A program made the translations under genes and the position numbers. From Halobacteriales archaeon (GTDB lineage: Archaea > Halobacteriota > Halobacteria > Halobacteriales > SKNY01), in the NCBI GenBank assembly GCA_007118975.1, contig SKQO01000019.1, positions 41,049-105,048 on the forward strand: a DNA stretch of 64,000 nucleotides, read 5' to 3'. This document shows positions 52,191 through 63,350 of this stretch, piece after piece. A model generated the notes under the pieces. That model was given only the letters and a program-made list of their open reading frames with translations. It had not been told where the DNA came from and ran no database searches. Numbering within the stretch: position 1 is the first letter of the stretch; every line of letters starts with the position of its first letter.

Positions 52191-55100
52191 TCATGGATGA
52201 TCCGGATCTAGCACGCGGATCTCGATGCGTGCTCCACCTGCCTCGCTCTCGTGTACTTCGACATCCCACGCGTGTGCCTCCGCGATCTCGGCGACGATCG
52301 CCAACCCGAACCCGGTGCCACCGTCGACACCCGAAAAGCCGCTTTCCAGCACCCGGTCTCGGTCTTTGCGCCCGATCCCTGGGCCGTCGTCGGCAACGTA
52401 AAATCCCTCCCGATCCTCAAGTGTACCCACCCGGACGGTCACGTGCTCTCCGCCGTGTACGACGGCATTACGAAAGAGATTCTCCAGGAGTCGCTTGACA
52501 CGCGCTGGATCCGCAGACACGGTCAACTCGTCCTCCACATGCAACGTCGCGTCGTGTGTCTCGACGAGGGTCCAACACGGCTCGGCCAAAGCGTGGATCG
52601 CCACTGACTCGATCTCGGTCGCCGCCGCACCCACCCGCGCGAAATCGAGAAGATCTTCGATCAGGGTATCCATCCGTTCGAGGGCGCGATCGATTTCCGC
52701 CAGATGTGGACTGTCGCACTCGTCGCAAGCCAGCTCCAGCCGCCCGGTCGCCACGTTGAGTGGGTTGCGCAGATCGTGGCTCACGATGCTGGCAAATTCG
52801 TCGAGTCGATCGTTTTGCCGCTCCAGTTCCGTCTCTCGCTCGCGGAGTCGCTCTTCGCGACGCATCCGTTCCAGAGCGCCAGCAAGGTTGCTCGTCAACA
52901 ACTTCGGGATGTTCGAGGCGTCCCGCGGCTCCCCCGGATCCCCTCGCGTTCCGACGAGCAAGACGCCATGTTCGTCCAACGGGAAAATCGCCTCTCCGGT
53001 TGTCGCACCGAGCGTCTGTTCCTCGGTCGCATAACAATCACGAATGATCCGGCCGGCACGGTAGGCCTGCCACACGGGGGTGTCTCCAGGTTGAACAGTC
53101 GCCGGCGCACCGATTAGGGTCTCGACCGCACTCGACCACGATCGCGGCGTTAACACCCCCGACTCCTCGTCGTAGACATACAAGACGACCAACTCGAGAT
53201 CGAGCAACTCGGCGGCGGCCGATACGCCTGTCGAGGTCACGTCTCGAACGCTCTGGGCTGCAAACAACTCCCGGAGCGTCGCGTTCAGTGTCTGCAGTTG
53301 GACTTCCCGCTGTCTGAGCGTGTGCTCGCGCTCCGCGCGGTCGAGTGCCTCCGTGAGCGCGTTCGCTAGAATATCGAGGAGTGGCCGCTACTCGTCACTA
53401 ACTGGACCCCTGCCCCGATCCGATACGATGAAAAGGCCATATTGTTCCAGGGGATACAGCACTGCGCTCTTTACCGGTGTTTCTTCCCGGAGGCCGGAGA
53501 TCTGCGCCGTCTCGGGCACGTACCTGGTGTCGCCACTGGTAAAAACGTCCCAGACGAACTGATCGACGGGTGCTCGTGCTTCGGTTCTATCGTACACCGG
53601 CGGCGAATCGAAGAGATCGTTGGGATCGGAGAAGGCGACCGGTTCGAGCACGTCGCCGCCCTCCCCGAGCATGTGGAAGCCCGCGACGTCGGCGCCCAGG
53701 TCCTCCGTTGCGGCCTCGACGGCGAGCGCCGCGGTTTCTTCCTCCGATTGTGTATGCATGAGTGCATTCGTGTGTTCCTGGAGTCGCTCTAACTGCCGTT
53801 GATACCGACGACGCTCGGTCGTGTCAGTAAACACCCACAGGTCGCCTTGCGAACCGGGGAGCGCAAGCGTTCCATAATTCAGTGTCAACTCGCGCCCGTC
53901 TAGCAGACTGATGTCGAGGTCGTCGACTTGATCACCCGATTCACTGATCGTCGAAAGTCGTTCACGAAACGTGTGCGGTTCCCTGCATTGGGCTACAGCG
54001 ACCGTAAGGAGCTCCCCGAGATTGCGGGACTCCCACGCGCGCGGTGGATCATCGATGTCGAACAGCTCACACATTCGATGGTTGATCGCCACGATCGATC
54101 CCTCGCCATCCGCCGCGAGCGTGCCAACAGGCAGCGTTTCCAAGAGCTTGGAGCGAACCGAGTTTGCGCGGGCCAGAGCCGCCCGTTGCGCGATGCGATC
54201 TAGTGCAGTGGCCGCGTGTGACGCAACCGTCTCCGCCAAAAATCCGTCGAATTCGTCGAACACACCCACCTCGAGGGCGCCGATCATCACGATCCCGTGA
54301 TCGCCCAGAGGAATGATGATCTCGCTCCGGATCGACGTGTCAGGGTTGTACCGACCGGGCGCCATGGAGACGTCCTCAAACCGGCAGGGCACCCCGGTTT
54401 CGAACACTTCCCAGCTCAGGCTCTCGCCAGGTGCAAACGACGCTGGTTCATCGAACAGTTCTTCGCCCACGTCGCTCCAGGCGGCGAGCCGTAGCTCCTC
54501 GGCCACATTATCGTAAAACCAGACACCGTTGATCGCCATGTCAAGGGTCTCAGCGAGTACGTCGACCAACAGCGACGCGACTCGGTCACGATCTTCTGCC
54601 CGGAATAGCGCCTCCGCCGCGGCATGTAATTCCCGCATCGCCTCTTCACGACGTTTCCGTGCCGTCACGTCGCGAGCGTCAACCAGAATTCCCCCGATGA
54701 CCGGGTCCTCGAGCTGGTTGCTGGCACGGACCTCGAGCCACCGCCAGTCACCGCCCGACGAGTGGCCCCGGAGTTCTTCAGTGACTTCCGATTCATCATC
54801 CATTACCCGCCCTATGAGCGACCAAGCGTTCGATCGGTCGTCCGGATGGACTAACTGATCGGCATGTTTGCCCTCGAGATCTGCGGGCTCGACGCCGAGG
54901 ACACGTGTCACGGCGGGTGATACGTACTGCACCTGACCGCCATGGTCGATCACCAGGACGAAATCCGAGGAATGTCGGAGGATTTCGCCAAACCAGTCCT
55001 TGGTTTCCTCGAGTTCGCGCTCGCGATGTTTTCGCCCGCTAATGTCGCTAAAATACACCGAGAGGCCCGACGCAAAGGGATGGGCAGTGGCCTCTAAGTG

Positions 55101-55766
55101 ACGGTCAATGCGGTCGGCGTAATATTCGACTGTTTGTGAGACTTGGGTTCCCATCGCCTCTCGGAAGGTAACGGCGAGCTCCGTCCCGACAACATCCGGA
55201 AATACCTCCCAGATAACCTCGCCACGGAGGAACTGGCGGTCGTGCTCTAAAAGCTCCGCCGCTTTCGGGTTCACGTACGTAAATCGCCAGTCGGAATCAA
55301 GCGCGTAGAACCCGTCGTTCATCCGATCCAAGTGATCCGTGAGCTGGCGTTCTGCTTGTCGATGTTCCACTGCATTCCGGATCCGGTTGGCCAGAATGAC
55401 GTACTGCTCGCTCCCCGTCTGCTTTTGCAAGTAATCCGTCACACCCGCCGAAATCGCCTCGCCAGCTACTTCCTCGCTCCCCTTCCCCGTAAAAAGGATG
55501 AACGGGAGATCAGGGTCGAGTTCTCTCACGCGGTGGAGCAGGGAAAGGCCGTCGTAGGACGGCATATCGTAATCGGAAACCACGCAATCAATCGTTGGGT
55601 CGGGGAGGCGATCGATTACCGCTTTTGGATCAGTCGTGGATTCCACCGTCAACCAGCCGGCGTGATGCTCCAATTGGTCGACCAGCAGCCCCACGAAGTC
55701 GGGATCGTCATCGACAGCCAACACGCTCACATGGTCGGTCGGTTGCGGTCTCTCTCGCGGTGTCAC
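52191..55766 (-). pseudogene. Hybrid sensor histidine kinase (REC-PAS-PAS-GAF-PAS-GAF-GAF-HisKA-HATPase) interrupted by one in-frame TAG at 53388-53390
   Basis: REC LAVDDD..DYDMP..FTGKG; PAS/GAF repeats; kinase SHDLRNPL, ENLFRNA, VADDGPG, GTGFGL. ORFs 53388..55766 and 52191..53267 share a frame with an open linker RPLLDILANALTEALDRAERE. Confidence 0.88.
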
Positions 55767-55958
55767 TCATCGCCGCTCCTCGTTTTAGCCATTCGAATCG
55801 CTTCCCCGAGGATGACGCGAGCGAACATGGTCCGGGAGGCACCGCCGTCGGGCCACCGATCCGCCCCGCTCCCGATAGATCCGCCCCGGCCGACCACCAT
55901 TACCATCGTACCAGATTGGCGAAAGGTTGGGTAAAATAGCTGTTGGTCTCGCGTGAGC

Positions 55959-57134
55959 TCATCGGCGCCCACCCCGGGGAACGCGGCCGACGAGCGCCAG
56001 TATCCCCATTACGACGACGATCACTAGGACCGCGATCGCGTACGTGCGAAAAATGGCCCCGTATCCGATCCCCACTTGGGCGAACAGTCCCACCGCGACA
56101 CTTCCGGGTGCCTGGACCAGCATCATGGTCGCGCTATACCCCGAGTACGCGCTCGCTCGCCGACTATCAGGGAGGCTGGCCAGCAGGTAGGCATCACCAA
56201 CCGGGAACAGGCCGTGAATCACGAATCCCATCACGATCGAAACCAGCGCAATCGCCAGAAAACCGTCCACCGTCGTCAAAACGAACAGACAGGCGGCAAA
56301 CGAGAGGAGAATTCCGAAGATCGTTCCGAGAAACGGCAACCGATCCGCCAACTGCCCGAACACGATAAACGAGGGGATCCCGGCCGCAAAGGTAATGGTG
56401 AGCAACTGACTGGCCCGACTGCGGGACATCCCCGCTTCCGCCCCGAGAAACGTGAGATAGAAGTTAAAGACTCCCTGCCAGAAGAAGCCGACGACGCCGA
56501 CGAAGACGAGGCCTGCGGCGATCAATCGCCATTCGCGACGGATACCGGCCATCAGGGCACGGTCGCTTTGCCCCGCTGTCGGGAGCTCCGTGCGCCCGGT
56601 GGCGATCCAGAGGCCGATCGCCACGACCACCGTCGCCACGGCGAGTCCGGCAAACGAGTACCGCCAGGTCCCCAACACAATGGCCGTGGCAACCAGAAAC
56701 GGGGCCGTGACCGCTCCGATCTGGGAGAACATCCCGCGGACGCCGAGGACGAGACCAACCCGTCGCGGGAACAGCTCGCTGACCAACGGATTGGCAGCGA
56801 CGAAGAATGCACCCGTCGAGAGCCCGAACCCGAATGCGGCGAGGATGGCGATCGTGACTGATGGCGAAAGTGCAACGATCGCTGCGGAGAGACACAACCA
56901 CCAGGCCGTGCCGAGGATTACGATGTGCCGACGCACGAACGTCAGGATGTATCCGGTCGGGAGTCGCGGTGCGGCGCTTCCAAACCAGACTGCCGTCGCC
57001 ATCAACCCCGCGACGACGGGCGCGACGCCGATCGCGATGAAGTGATCCACCAGCGGAGCGAACGCCACCCGTCCATAGTTGACGAGAAAGGAGAGCAGAC
57101 AGATCCACACCATGACCGAGACACGTCCGGTCAT
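55959..57134 (-). CDS. MFS transporter
   Basis: About 12 TM; VNYGRVAFAPL, SELFPRRVG, GQLADR; start uncertain (57113-57161). Confidence 0.9.
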   Translation of the reverse strand: MTGRVSVMVWICLLSFLVNYGRVAFAPLVDHFIAIGVAPVVAGLMATAVWFGSAAPRLPTGYILTFVRRHIVILGTAWWLCLSAAIVALSPSVTIAILAAFGFGLSTGAFFVAANPLVSELFPRRVGLVLGVRGMFSQIGAVTAPFLVATAIVLGTWRYSFAGLAVATVVVAIGLWIATGRTELPTAGQSDRALMAGIRREWRLIAAGLVFVGVVGFFWQGVFNFYLTFLGAEAGMSRSRASQLLTITFAAGIPSFIVFGQLADRLPFLGTIFGILLSFAACLFVLTTVDGFLAIALVSIVMGFVIHGLFPVGDAYLLASLPDSRRASAYSGYSATMMLVQAPGSVAVGLFAQVGIGYGAIFRTYAIAVLVIVVVMGILALVGRVPRGGRR

Positions 57135-57325
57135 ACTCGGGCGGCGTACCACGATCCTCACCGCCCACCTGGCAACGTTCGGAATGCCGTATCACTCATC
57201 GTCTTGACGCCGCTACCCGGCTACAGTGCCACGTGGTCGGCGCTGGCAAGGTTTGAATGAACCGATGTCGGGGTGGAGTTGTGCGAACGCACAACAGTTA
57301 TCACCGACCCCACATTCCCCCGCAC

Positions 57326-58486
57326 ATGATCGAACGACAGGGATCGGGGCCACGCCTGGCAACACCCGATGACTTTCCGGACATATTGGATCTCGTCGAC
57401 CGCTGTTTCAACCATTCGTCCGGGGGGATGGCTTCCGAGTGGTGTCATGTCTACGACCGCGAGCAACCGGATCGGCACGCCGTGATCACCGAGAACGGAA
57501 CGGTCGTCAGCCACGTGAGTATCGTTGAGGACGAACTCGTTATCGGGGACGGCCACCTGCAGAGCTGGGGGATCTCCGGTGTCGCCACTGAACCACGGAC
57601 TCGTGGTCAGGGCTACATGAGCGATCTGATGGATTTCTGGATGGAACGGATGGATTCGGCGGGGGTCCCGTTCGGCAAACTCGGGGGCGATCGCAAACGG
57701 TACGGTCACTGGGGCTGGGAACGAGCGGGACGCGAACGTCGTTACCGGGTCACCGAACGATTTTTCGAGCGGGACCAGGTACCCGATGACGCCCGGATCG
57801 AACGATACGATGGGTCAGCAGAGCACATCACACAGCTTCGCGACCGCTATCAGCGACGCAATCTGCGCGTGCGGCGAGATGAAGAGGCCTGGCGGAATCG
57901 ACTCGACCGGGCTCAATTTACAACGCTTTTGCGGACAGACGCCAACGAGAAGGGCTATCTGACGTTTTCTCGCACACGGCACAACCATCGAGAGACAACC
58001 GTCTCTGACCTGGGCGGGTCCCCCTCAACTATCAGGGCACTGCTCGCGCACGTGTTCGACACCTTCGGAAAGCAAACTATTCACGTTGATATGCACCCGA
58101 CTGACCAACAGAACCGCTTGTTCTCCGGCCCCGACGTGAGCGGGTACTGGGAGGACCGACCCCACCGGATGGTCTACGTCGGCGATCTCTCCCAGATCCT
58201 CGCGGCGTACCGCAATTCCATCGCACGCCGTGCTGCGGGGGCGAACGTCCCACCAGGGTCGATCTCACTCGAGATCACCGAGGACGGAGACCCGGTAGCG
58301 CTCGAGTGGGACGGGCGTTCGATAACAGTGCGAGCGGCCGATCACGCCACGGTCTCGGTCAACCGAATGGCCATGGCGCGGCTTCTCTTCTGGGATCCCA
58401 ACACGGTACCGGCCTACGATAATCAGCCACTCCTCGCGGCGACCCTTCCACTCGGATTCTATGTGCCGCTGGTCGATCGAGTGTAG
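57326..58486 (+). CDS. Eis-like GNAT acetyltransferase
   Basis: ISGVATEPRTRGQGYMSDLM acetyl-CoA motif, RYGHWGWERAG, SCP2-like C-terminus. Confidence 0.88.
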   Translation: MIERQGSGPRLATPDDFPDILDLVDRCFNHSSGGMASEWCHVYDREQPDRHAVITENGTVVSHVSIVEDELVIGDGHLQSWGISGVATEPRTRGQGYMSDLMDFWMERMDSAGVPFGKLGGDRKRYGHWGWERAGRERRYRVTERFFERDQVPDDARIERYDGSAEHITQLRDRYQRRNLRVRRDEEAWRNRLDRAQFTTLLRTDANEKGYLTFSRTRHNHRETTVSDLGGSPSTIRALLAHVFDTFGKQTIHVDMHPTDQQNRLFSGPDVSGYWEDRPHRMVYVGDLSQILAAYRNSIARRAAGANVPPGSISLEITEDGDPVALEWDGRSITVRAADHATVSVNRMAMARLLFWDPNTVPAYDNQPLLAATLPLGFYVPLVDRV

Positions 58487-58553
58487 GTGGATCGGCTGGA
58501 CTGTCGGTCTGTGGTCGGTAGCAGCTAAGTGACCAGCCGTCGAGGGCCGGGAT

Positions 58554-60083
58554 ATGCCCGATCGACCGAACGTCCTCTTTCTCTGTTCCGATCAACACGG
58601 CTATCGCTACACGGGATACGCCGGCCATCCGACCGTCCGGACGCCGAATCTGGACCGGCTCGCGTCGGAGGGGGTGGTATTCGAGAACGCCTACTGCGCC
58701 AGCCCCGTCTGTACTCCGAGCCGGGCGAGCATGTTGACGGGGGTCTATCCATCAGACGTGGGTTCGTACTGCAACTCCACGGTCTGGGATGGGTCCCACC
58801 CCACCTGGGGGTCCCTGATCCGCGATGCCGGATACCGGACGTGGGCGACCGGCAAGTTCGATCTCGATCCGGCTCACGACGTGGGGTTCGACGGAACCAC
58901 CCACAGCCACGGTCACGCCGGTAGTCCGGACATCACCTCCCTGTTTCGGCGTCCGTTGTGCTATCGCCTGGCCGAGCGGCCAGGCGTTGACGGTCGCTCG
59001 AGGGATGAGGACCACCGAGACGGAAACCTCGCGGACGAGGCACAGACGTTCCTGCAAGCTGAAGCCACCGGGAGTGAGGATCCGTGGGCCGCGTGGGTCG
59101 GCTTCAGTCAACCGCACCCTCCGTTCACCGCACGCACGACAGAGTACGAATCGTACCTCGCGGAAAACATCCAAGTGCCGGACGTTGATCCGGGCGAGCG
59201 CGAGGACCAACACCTCATTTTCGAGCGGCTCCGCGCGTTCAAGCGCCTAGGAACGCCGGTCCCAACCGATCGGAAACGTCGTGCCCGCGCCGGGTACTAC
59301 GGCATGATCACGAAACTGGATGAATACATCGGGCACCTGGTCGACCAGCTTCGGGCGCTCGGGGAGTGGGAGAATACGGTGGTCATCTACACCTCCGACC
59401 ACGGTGAGATGCTCGGAGAACACGGGCTCTGGTATAAGAATACGCTGTACGAAGACGCCGCGCACGTGCCGCTCGTTGTGGCGGGGCCCGGCATCCCGGC
59501 AGGAGAGCGACGTACTGACCCAGTCGGGCATGTCGACCTGATTCGGACCATCCTCGAGTGGGCCGATGCCGACCTCCCGGCGCTCAATCGAGGTCGTTCT
59601 CTCACCTCAATGATCGCCGATGACACGGGGGACGCCCCACCGTATGTGTACGCCGAAAGTCATTCGGAAGGGAACTGCTCGGGATCATTCATGATCAGGC
59701 GAGGCGACTGGAAATATATTCACGTCACCTGGTACGAGGACCTACTGTTCAACCTGGCCGAGGACCCGGAAGAGACGGAAAACCGCATCAATGATCCCGA
59801 AGTCTCCCATGTTCGAGAGGAGCTTCGTGAGCTACTTTTCGACACGGTCGATCCGACACAGGTCACCGTGGACGCATTCACTGCCCAGGAGGAAACACTG
59901 GCAGAGTTGGGGGATAAACTGGGCGCTCAGGGGCTGTTCGAAGAACTTCGCGGTCGGCTGGGCGACGGGCAGGCAGGAGCGCTTGTCAATCGCGAGTTTC
60001 CGGAGTGGACGGGACAGCCCACCTCCGAGGATTACCTCGATTCCCCGAACAACTCGGGGAAACGTCGTTCCGGTGAGGGGTAG
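58554..60083 (+). CDS. Sulfatase, choline-sulfatase-like
   Basis: RPNVLFLCSDQH, TPNLDRLA, CTPSR, PHPPF, YTSDHGEMLGEHGLWYK, LFNLAEDPEE. Confidence 0.93.
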   Translation: MPDRPNVLFLCSDQHGYRYTGYAGHPTVRTPNLDRLASEGVVFENAYCASPVCTPSRASMLTGVYPSDVGSYCNSTVWDGSHPTWGSLIRDAGYRTWATGKFDLDPAHDVGFDGTTHSHGHAGSPDITSLFRRPLCYRLAERPGVDGRSRDEDHRDGNLADEAQTFLQAEATGSEDPWAAWVGFSQPHPPFTARTTEYESYLAENIQVPDVDPGEREDQHLIFERLRAFKRLGTPVPTDRKRRARAGYYGMITKLDEYIGHLVDQLRALGEWENTVVIYTSDHGEMLGEHGLWYKNTLYEDAAHVPLVVAGPGIPAGERRTDPVGHVDLIRTILEWADADLPALNRGRSLTSMIADDTGDAPPYVYAESHSEGNCSGSFMIRRGDWKYIHVTWYEDLLFNLAEDPEETENRINDPEVSHVREELRELLFDTVDPTQVTVDAFTAQEETLAELGDKLGAQGLFEELRGRLGDGQAGALVNREFPEWTGQPTSEDYLDSPNNSGKRRSGEG

Positions 60084-60727
60084 ATCGTCAGCAGACCGGC
60101 AAGCGGGGAGCGTGGACTCGGCTCGTATTCCGACACCGAGGCGGTTGGATCCCCCGAACGGACGATCAACAGCGCGCGAGCCAGCGATTCGGCATCACGA
60201 GTGTATGCGATGGTGGCTGCGTCGGCCTCCAGTTCCATTCGCCGCATGACCGCCAAGATCGCAAGTGTACCCACCCCACTGATCATCGCCTGGGTGAGAA
60301 CCCGTCTTCGCCTCGAGGATTGCCTGTGAAGACCGATTGCGGCAATTACCCCGACGATCACGCCCAACAATCGTGTCAGCGTTCGACTGTGACCGAGCCT
60401 GACGTGTGCGAGTTCGTGAAGGATGGCTGCCCGAAGCGCTTCGTCGTCCAAGAGCTCGACAAGACCGCTTGAAAGGACGAGGACCCCGCTGTCTTTGGTT
60501 CCCATCGGAAGCCCCGTCGGCACCGTTTGGTCCCAGAGATAGACATCCATCTCTTCGAGCCCGAGCCGTCTCGCCTCCCGCTGGCAGACCGCCTCGATGG
60601 AACCGCCAGCCGGGGAGATCCAGTTGCATCGCTCGAGTTGCCTGCCGGGGAGGATGGTAGTAATGATGAGTGCGAACAGTTGCACGGAAGCGATGAGCGC
60701 TCGGGAGGGGATAGACACAGCCGTCAC
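60032..60727 (-). CDS. M48 (HtpX-like) zinc metalloprotease, possibly truncated or decaying
   Basis: LVLSSGLVELLDDEALRAAILHELAH, RRMELEADA, LARAL; IYPSPERR where THP is usual. Confidence 0.75.
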   Translation of the reverse strand: MTAVSIPSRALIASVQLFALIITTILPGRQLERCNWISPAGGSIEAVCQREARRLGLEEMDVYLWDQTVPTGLPMGTKDSGVLVLSSGLVELLDDEALRAAILHELAHVRLGHSRTLTRLLGVIVGVIAAIGLHRQSSRRRRVLTQAMISGVGTLAILAVMRRMELEADAATIAYTRDAESLARALLIVRSGDPTASVSEYEPSPRSPLAGLLTIYPSPERRFPELFGESR

Positions 60728-61264
60728 CGGTTGTCCAGAATATGCAGTCCGTGACTCTTCACCTCATCGGTCTTTGTGAGCTTCGACCACCCCTGAAAAC
60801 CTCGGGAAGGTTACCCGCTCGCACCGACGGGCCGTTCATCGACGTAGTGAATGCGTGGTACCCCGAACCGTTCTGGCGCCGGTAGGCCTCCTCATCGAAT
60901 TCCTGGCCAGGGGCCAGGAGACTGCGTCCCCCCATCGAGCCCGTATTCGAGTTCTGTGGCAACCGGCGAACACCGGATCTCACCTCCAGTAGCACCCGCC
61001 GACTTCCGTACTATTTTCTTTACATTCGGCACCAGCGACACCATTCAATTCCCGAGAGTCCCGGCGTTGCTCCCACTGCGTCGCGAATCGGTGTGAGCAC
61101 CATGGGAGACTGCTTCTGGAGAACGCCCGGGACCGATGAGGAGGTTCCGCCAGTAACAATCGCCACTGTACCCGTTCCGTCTGCAACGAGCGTTAGTTCG
61201 ATGGCAACCGATTGTTGAACTCCACTGCCAGGGAATTATAGGCTTCCTCACCGTAGTTACTGTC

Positions 61265-61462
61265 ATGTATCCGTGGGGAGACCACCTGGATACGGTCAAC
61301 CAAGCGCTCGTGGCATTGTTCGTCGTCCTGCTCCTCACGCTGGTGCTCATGGGACGGACCACCGGGCCGCAGTTGGCGGCTATCTACATCCTCCTGGGCG
61401 CCGGGTGGGTAATCTACGCCAAACGAGGCAGCGAAATTCGTTCGAAGCTCGGCCGGAATTGA
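61265..61462 (+). CDS. Small two-TM membrane protein
   Basis: 65 aa, two hydrophobic helices, ATTATA box about 25 nt upstream. Confidence 0.65.
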   Translation: MYPWGDHLDTVNQALVALFVVLLLTLVLMGRTTGPQLAAIYILLGAGWVIYAKRGSEIRSKLGRN

Positions 61463-61501
61463 TCGGCACGCTGTCGGCCGACGAGACTAACCCGGTCGAC
61501 G

Positions 61502-62668
61502 CTAGGAACCAACTCGAAGCGAGTCCACGGTGTGTTCCGCGAGGATCTCTTCATTGAATACTACCCCAAGACCGGGACGACTCGGGACATCGATAAACCC
61601 GTTCTCGATCTTCAGCGGCTCCGCCAACAGTTCGCAGCTCCATTCGGGGTGAAACGCGGTCTCGAACGTCTCCTGGACGGCAAACGCTGGCGAACTTGCA
61701 CCCAGATGGGCCGCGGCGAACGTCATGACCGGCCCGGCGGCGTTGTGTGGTGCAAATCCCACGCGGTCCGCCGAGGCGAGCGCCGCAATCTTCTGTAGCT
61801 CCGTAATACCGCCGGCACGGCCGACGTCGGGCTGGACGACGCCGACGTCGGTTCTTCCGATCAGCTCCGCGAATGGGTGGTGAGTGACGAAAGACTCGCC
61901 GGTTGCGATGGGGATCGACGAGGCACGGGCCACGCGTCGAAGCGGGTCAATATCGGCCGGAACGGGCTCTTCGAAAACGAACGGATCGATCGGTTCGAGC
62001 CGGCGTGCGACCGATCGTGCGGTGCCCACACCCAAATTCTTGTGGCCTTCGATCAGGAGATCGACGTGATCCGGGACGGCGTCGGCCACGGCCTGTATAG
62101 CACGGATGGCCGCATCGATTTCGGCACCGGTGGCGTTCGCAGCGGAGCCCCACTGGAACGGACTGAATTTCACTGCCGTGTATCCATGCTCGCTCATCTC
62201 GACGGCGGCATCGGTCAGCTCGGCCACCACAGCATCGAGGACGGGCTCCATCTCTTCGCCCCGGTGATACCGGTCCACTATCGCCCGGGCCGGGAAATCC
62301 CAGCCATTCGCATACGCGCGCAGCTCCGAGTGGCAGGCACCCCCAAGGAGGTCGTACACCGGAACGTCCAACAGTTTCCCTTTGATGTCCCAGCAAGCCA
62401 TGTCGAGCCCGCCGGTCATCGCGGTCGTGAAGAGGTCGTTTCGCTCGGCGCCGAGGCGACCGCCCGCTCCAAAGAGCTGCTCGGTCTCGAACGGATCCGC
62501 CCCGATCAGATCCCCCGCCAATCGTACCACGTCCTCGGGTTCGTGCCTGGTGCGGGGAATTTCGCCGACCCCGCGTATTCCCTCGTCGGTTTCGATGGTG
62601 ACGAACAGCCACGGGCGAGGCCCCTCGACCAGCACCGCCTCCACAGCTGTAATCGACGGTCGCTGCAT
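61502..62668 (-). CDS. Mandelate racemase/muconate lactonizing family sugar-acid dehydratase
   Basis: WLFVTIETDEGIRGVGE, DMACWDIKGK, AYANGW, EGH, FEEPV, ATGE, QPDVGRAGGITE, APHN. Confidence 0.9.
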   Translation of the reverse strand: MQRPSITAVEAVLVEGPRPWLFVTIETDEGIRGVGEIPRTRHEPEDVVRLAGDLIGADPFETEQLFGAGGRLGAERNDLFTTAMTGGLDMACWDIKGKLLDVPVYDLLGGACHSELRAYANGWDFPARAIVDRYHRGEEMEPVLDAVVAELTDAAVEMSEHGYTAVKFSPFQWGSAANATGAEIDAAIRAIQAVADAVPDHVDLLIEGHKNLGVGTARSVARRLEPIDPFVFEEPVPADIDPLRRVARASSIPIATGESFVTHHPFAELIGRTDVGVVQPDVGRAGGITELQKIAALASADRVGFAPHNAAGPVMTFAAAHLGASSPAFAVQETFETAFHPEWSCELLAEPLKIENGFIDVPSRPGLGVVFNEEILAEHTVDSLRVGS

Positions 62669-62794
62669 GCCTGTCACCGGTGGGTGAGCGGTGCTTAGGC
62701 CTGCTGATCTCGCCGGACTTTCCACAATGTTCTCTTAGCGCGTACGTTGGTCCCACCCTTAGAAATTTAACACAGCTGGCTGTTACCGTACGAC

Positions 62795-62980
62795 ATGGAC
62801 GTTGGAAGCAGCGATGTCGAACAGCTCCGGGAGGAGATCGATCGGATAGAAACACGGGTATTGCTGCTCGAAGATACGGTCAGCGAGCTGCAAAAAGTGC
62901 TGAACGAACTGCGAGCGGATTCCGGGGACACATCCGCAAACACCCCTTCCCGCGAACCCAACTCCGACGTGTGGGAATAA
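62795..62980 (+). CDS. Small coiled-coil protein
   Basis: Heptad pattern VEQLREEIDRIETRVLLLEDTVSELQKVLNEL; TTTAA box about 25 nt upstream. Confidence 0.65.
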   Translation: MDVGSSDVEQLREEIDRIETRVLLLEDTVSELQKVLNELRADSGDTSANTPSREPNSDVWE

Positions 62981-63068
62981 GTCTCGGCCCCGAAGGACCG
63001 AAGAACGTGTTCCTCGACGCCATCACGCGAATTACTTAATGTCCGGCGCCCTCACCACCGGTAGGGCA

Positions 63069-63263
63069 ATGAGCCGACGTCGTCCCGGCAAGTTCAGACG
63101 AACGACACTCCCTGCAGCTGACATTAAGCTTCGCTGCGTCGAGTGTGACGAGCTTCGAGCATTCGAGCGGCAGTCGAAGGGGGTGTACTGTGCGGCTTGC
63201 GGCAAGCGTCATTCCCAGGAATCGCTCGTCGATACATCCGTTCCGGGGTTCGAGGAAGGGTGA
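63069..63263 (+). CDS. Small zinc-ribbon protein
   Basis: CVEC and CAACG pairs in 64 aa; ACTTAAT about 30 nt upstream. Confidence 0.7.
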   Translation: MSRRRPGKFRRTTLPAADIKLRCVECDELRAFERQSKGVYCAACGKRHSQESLVDTSVPGFEEG

Positions 63264-63350
63264 ACGAACACTTCCCGGCACGAAGGTCTTCGGCGGCCGT
63301 TCATACTTCCGATTACTAAGTCGTGTGTTGAGTAACGAGGAGACAAGCGG

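Noticed and set aside
53388..53390. Genome-wide TAG recoding (pyrrolysine)
   Set aside because: Many complete genes here end in TAG, other broken genes are frameshifted rather than amber-split, and no pyl genes are in the window.
60759..61264. Short ORFs upstream of the M48 protease
   Set aside because: No recognisable family or consistent coding signal; possibly decayed sequence.
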